Shown piece after piece: positions 60,516 to 64,000 of a stretch of DNA of 64,000 nucleotides (the first letter of the stretch is position 1; each line of letters begins with the position of its first letter). The notes under the pieces are model-generated. The model did no database searches. It worked only from the letters and a program-made list of their open reading frames with translations, and was not told where the DNA came from. The stretch lies in the NCBI GenBank assembly GCA_964595465.1, contig CAZQQI010000001.1, forward strand, positions 68,952-132,951, read 5' to 3'. The translations under genes and the position numbers were made by a program. The stretch comes from an uncultured Planctomycetales bacterium (GTDB taxonomy: Bacteria; Omnitrophota; Gorgyraeia; Zapsychrales; JANLHA01).

Positions 60516-62240
60516 CTACCACTTGTAAGAAAATTCCACCCAGGGATGCATATGATCCCCGTCCGAAGGCGTCGGTCCGCTTAAAGGATATCCGATCTCC
60601 AAACGGAAATCCAGATCCTCAGTCACATTATAACGCAGGCCGAAGCCGGCTCCCTGCAGAGTATGCTTTTCCTTCTCCCCAGCGTCAGGACGATTACGTT
60701 GAGCATAAGCCCAGTCCCAAAAAAGGACCAAACGCAGGGCGTCGTAAAGACGGTCTTTGGAAAACGGAGCGCCGGCATCCCGCGGGATCGGATAGACCGG
60801 GATAGAAAGTTCCAGCGCGGTATACCACCCCTTATCTCCGGAAAATTCTGCCGGGGGGTATCCCCGGACACTGGTCGGGCCGCCGATCTGGAACTCTTCG
60901 GATGCGACCAGTGTATCGTTGCTGAACTGGCCATAATTCTTCCATAAAAGGGCGGTCTCCCAGGGCATCGGCTGAAGACGAAAAAGATTAACGATCCCTT
61001 TGGTGAACTCGGCACCCGAACCGGCACCGCCCCGCGAAGAATGCGGATCCTCCGCTGCCATCCCGCCCAAAATATCCGGGATACCGCGGTCAACCTCTGT
61101 TACCAAAATAGAACGCCCCCAGCGGTCAGAAATATCGAAATCCAGCCCGCCTTTTACGACACGCAATTCATCCCGGGACAGCTGTGCTCCCAACATCGTA
61201 TCTTCGATACTCTTATAATCGAAACCCGCATTAGCACGGACCTCCGCGTTTTCGGTTTCATAGAGGTTCTGTGTTAAGAACAGACCATAAATTGCCGCCT
61301 CCCCTTCCGCGTCCAGCGCGGCAAATTCATCGCCGGAACGGACCTTACTGTATAAAGCATAGGCCCCGATCTCTAATTCCATATCGACCGGATAGACATA
61401 CCGCAAGAGGCCCAATGTTAATTGCTGGTTTTCCGCCAGCTGCCCTTTAAAATACATCTTGTCATCGTGACCTGTCAGGTTGTTATGCTCCAGGATAAGG
61501 GCGTAACGGTCTTCATCAATAAATCGGGATCCCCAGTTGTCGTAGGATACACCGGCATGGAAGGGCAGCCGGTCATCAACTTCCAGCACAACATCTGTTG
61601 TTCCCGGCTTGCCCCCCGGGACCAGAACCGCGCGGGCGGTACGGTCGGGATGCTCATTGATATAAACCAGAGATTTCTGCAAGGCTGAGTAATCAAAATA
61701 CCCCTGCGACTTGAGACCAATCTGTTCACGGAGCTGATCTGTCCGGAAATGCTCGTTCCCCCGGATATCGACTTCTCCCAGGCGGCCTTCGACCACACGG
61801 ATCACAAGCACCCCGCTCTGCAGATCCTGAGGCGGAAGATAGGCCCGTGAGGTCACAAATCCTTTTTCCCGGTAGCGTGCCGTCAGCAGATCGGCAATTT
61901 TCTGCATGTCTTTTAAAGTCAGTTTTTGTCCTTCGTATTCGGCGGTTACCGAACGCACCTCGTCTTCGGTTAAAAGAGTATAATCCTCCACGCGTATCGT
62001 GCGGATCATGACCTCCGGCCCGGCGTTTTCCATATCTTCTTCCTGAACATCTGCAGCCTGGTCCTGAATCCGTTCAGCTGTAATACGGCGCTGCAGATCT
62101 TCCTGCTGCCGGCGCTGTTCTTCTCGTCCGGCGATCCCTCCGGCACGCTGTGCCGTCGGCGGATCTGCTGCAGCGGACATTCCCGTGAAAATCAAACAGA
62201 TCCATCCCATCAGAACCAGCATCATATACTTTTTGCCCAT
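60516..62240 (-). CDS. ShlB/FhaC/HecB (TpsB) outer-membrane transporter
   Basis: Signal peptide, POTRA (YREKGFVTSRAYLPPQ), DNWG, IGGPTSVRGY (VRGY motif) and C-terminal Trp. Confidence 0.9.
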   Translation of the reverse strand: MGKKYMMLVLMGWICLIFTGMSAAADPPTAQRAGGIAGREEQRRQQEDLQRRITAERIQDQAADVQEEDMENAGPEVMIRTIRVEDYTLLTEDEVRSVTAEYEGQKLTLKDMQKIADLLTARYREKGFVTSRAYLPPQDLQSGVLVIRVVEGRLGEVDIRGNEHFRTDQLREQIGLKSQGYFDYSALQKSLVYINEHPDRTARAVLVPGGKPGTTDVVLEVDDRLPFHAGVSYDNWGSRFIDEDRYALILEHNNLTGHDDKMYFKGQLAENQQLTLGLLRYVYPVDMELEIGAYALYSKVRSGDEFAALDAEGEAAIYGLFLTQNLYETENAEVRANAGFDYKSIEDTMLGAQLSRDELRVVKGGLDFDISDRWGRSILVTEVDRGIPDILGGMAAEDPHSSRGGAGSGAEFTKGIVNLFRLQPMPWETALLWKNYGQFSNDTLVASEEFQIGGPTSVRGYPPAEFSGDKGWYTALELSIPVYPIPRDAGAPFSKDRLYDALRLVLFWDWAYAQRNRPDAGEKEKHTLQGAGFGLRYNVTEDLDFRLEIGYPLSGPTPSDGDHMHPWVEFSYKW

Positions 62241-62257
62241 ATTTACTCCTTTTGCAG

Positions 62258-63541
62258 TCATTCGCATATACTCTGAATCAGCAGGGTAAGCTCTTCGGCA
62301 AGCCGGGGCTCCTCTTCTATCAGATAATCCCGCTCCCTGACCGCGGAGGTCCGGTCTCCAAGCTGAGCGTAAGACATACCTAAATAATAATGAATATCCC
62401 CATCTTTATCACCCTGCGCCAGGGCATCACGAAAGGCCCGGACAGCGGCCTTATATTCCCCCAGATAATAACACACTTTTCCCAGAAGACGATATGCTGC
62501 AAAACATTTTTCCTGCATTCGCACACTTTTTTGAATATAAGGATACGCGCGCTGATGATCTCCGAGCACCTCTGAACAGATCTCCGCCATACGGTAATAG
62601 GCGTAACTGTCCTCAGGGTCTCTCTCGACAGCCTCCCGGAAAACGAGCAGAGACTCTTCATTCAGACCACAGGCCTGCAGAGCATCGGCCAATTCACGAT
62701 AAGCCTGCACCTCATCGGGACGCACATGCGCCGCCTTGGCGAACATATCCGCTGCTTCCCGTACACTGCCGTGGTCCAGATACAATTGTCCCAAATTAAA
62801 ATACGCCTCATAATGCAAAGGATCGATCCCGATCGCCTTGTGCAGAGCCTCCCGGGCACGGCGGGGATGCTCCAGCTTTAAATGAAGAAGCCCCAATTGA
62901 AAATAGTAATGCGCGTTATCCGGGTCGGTGGAAATCGCTTTTTGAATGGCATCCACAGCCTGTTCATACCGTTCCAAACGGCTGTAGGCAATGCTCAACC
63001 CGGCATATTTTTTTCCATCCGAACGGGATAATTTGCGATTTAACGGACGCTGCAGCCAGACCTGCAGACGCAAACCTTCCAGTTCAATATGAAATTGTTC
63101 TCTGACCTCAGGCAGGGTTAAATACGCAATATAACTTCCCGTTGCGACCATGTTGAAATAAAATTTAAAGACATATTCAAGAGTGTCCGGTGTGCCCCAT
63201 TGCAGAAAAGTGATATATCCCAGAGTGACAATATGACTGATCCCTAAAACAATAAAAACCGCCCGGGAAAATTTATTGAGCAGAAGGATACCGAAAGCGC
63301 AGAAGATGACCAGAAACATCCATACCGCCCGAACGGTGATGAGTCCGGAGAGATAACTGTGAAACAGGTCAAAAGGATAAACCGCCAGCATGGCGGCCCA
63401 CATGGTCAAACGGGAACGGATCTCTTCCGCAAAAGGAAAAACGTCAAGATAGGTGTTCAGCAGAAGAAAAACATTGCTTGCTATGATCAGCCAGCCGATG
63501 ACCGTCACACCGGCCGAACGCCTTTTCGCGTGTTGGGACAT
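62258..63541 (-). CDS. Membrane protein with C-terminal TPR array
   Basis: About four N-terminal TMs followed by about seven TPR repeats. Confidence 0.8.
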   Translation of the reverse strand: MSQHAKRRSAGVTVIGWLIIASNVFLLLNTYLDVFPFAEEIRSRLTMWAAMLAVYPFDLFHSYLSGLITVRAVWMFLVIFCAFGILLLNKFSRAVFIVLGISHIVTLGYITFLQWGTPDTLEYVFKFYFNMVATGSYIAYLTLPEVREQFHIELEGLRLQVWLQRPLNRKLSRSDGKKYAGLSIAYSRLERYEQAVDAIQKAISTDPDNAHYYFQLGLLHLKLEHPRRAREALHKAIGIDPLHYEAYFNLGQLYLDHGSVREAADMFAKAAHVRPDEVQAYRELADALQACGLNEESLLVFREAVERDPEDSYAYYRMAEICSEVLGDHQRAYPYIQKSVRMQEKCFAAYRLLGKVCYYLGEYKAAVRAFRDALAQGDKDGDIHYYLGMSYAQLGDRTSAVRERDYLIEEEPRLAEELTLLIQSICE

Positions 63542-63545
63542 ACTG

Positions 63546-64000
63546 TTATCCAGGATTGATCACGTTAAAAACAGCTGAATAATCGGACGCCTCATCTCCC
63601 TGCTCCATGCCGTTTTTCAAACACTCCGCGATCTCTGCCACGATCCTGTTATCCAATCCGGCCTCCTGTCCCGCGGCCAAGATCAAATTCACATCTTTTA
63701 ACATGTGCCGCACAGGAAAATTCGGATCGGAAAAATCACGGCTGAGCATACGGGGGAGTTTTTTATCAAAGGCCGGCGAATACAGGGCACTATTACGCAG
63801 AATATCCATAAAGTCCTCCACCTTGACACCGGACCGCTGAACCAGCCCCAGACTGAAAGAAAATGCCGCAGCCAAAGCAATGATCAGCTGGTTCAGGGCC
63901 AATTTCAGGGCCGCTGCCTGCCCGACATCTCCAACCAGGCGGGGCTCGGGGCCGAACACCTTAAGGACCGGCTCATACTTTTCAAAAAGAACCGATTCCG
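63546..64000 (-). CDS. NAD(P)-dependent beta-hydroxyacid dehydrogenase (5' end outside window)
   Basis: G..G.AAALKLALN and F....MLKD motifs. Confidence 0.85.
   Translation of the reverse strand, partial: ESVLFEKYEPVLKVFGPEPRLVGDVGQAAALKLALNQLIIALAAAFSFSLGLVQRSGVKVEDFMDILRNSALYSPAFDKKLPRMLSRDFSDPNFPVRHMLKDVNLILAAGQEAGLDNRIVAEIAECLKNGMEQGDEASDYSAVFNVINPG

Noticed and set aside
1-64000. CRISPR arrays, tRNA/rRNA genes, transposases, prophage or defence genes
   Set aside because: No regularly spaced repeats, cloverleaf or rRNA signatures, or such protein motifs were recognised by eye. The AddB PD-(D/E)XK domain is not a stand-alone Cas4.

Overview
A ~55% GC bacterial chromosomal window with almost all genes on the minus strand. 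The gene style (long T4P/T2SS-like locus, orphan TpsB, TPR-rich membrane proteins) suggests Candidatus Omnitrophota/PVC, but this is inference only. Core genes are pgm/pmm, nadD, proA, proB, obgE, rplU, rng, mreBCD-mrdA-rodA, aroA, rluD, lgt, lspA, a dksA-like gene, ileS, mtnP, proC, yggS, addAB and a GH57. A ~16 kb type IVa pilus locus sits between rodA and rng: stand-alone MshEN protein, two tandem PilB ATPases, PilC, a secreted coiled-coil protein, pilA, three minor pilins and pilMNOPQ. The most notable features are: (i) a class I c-di-GMP riboswitch with its own promoter and terminator upstream of pilA; (ii) a PilV-like minor pilin carrying an internal copy of the major-pilin head domain; (iii) two copies of a ~259 bp MITE with TIRs and 8-bp target duplications, plus a related mini-hairpin element; (iv) two tandem CheY-like receivers sharing a 28-aa Trp-rich insert; (v) a GH57 gene whose conserved N-terminus can only start at CTG; and (vi) an orphan TpsB/SurA-N/HAMP/zincin cluster. 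No tRNA, rRNA, CRISPR array or transposase was recognised.
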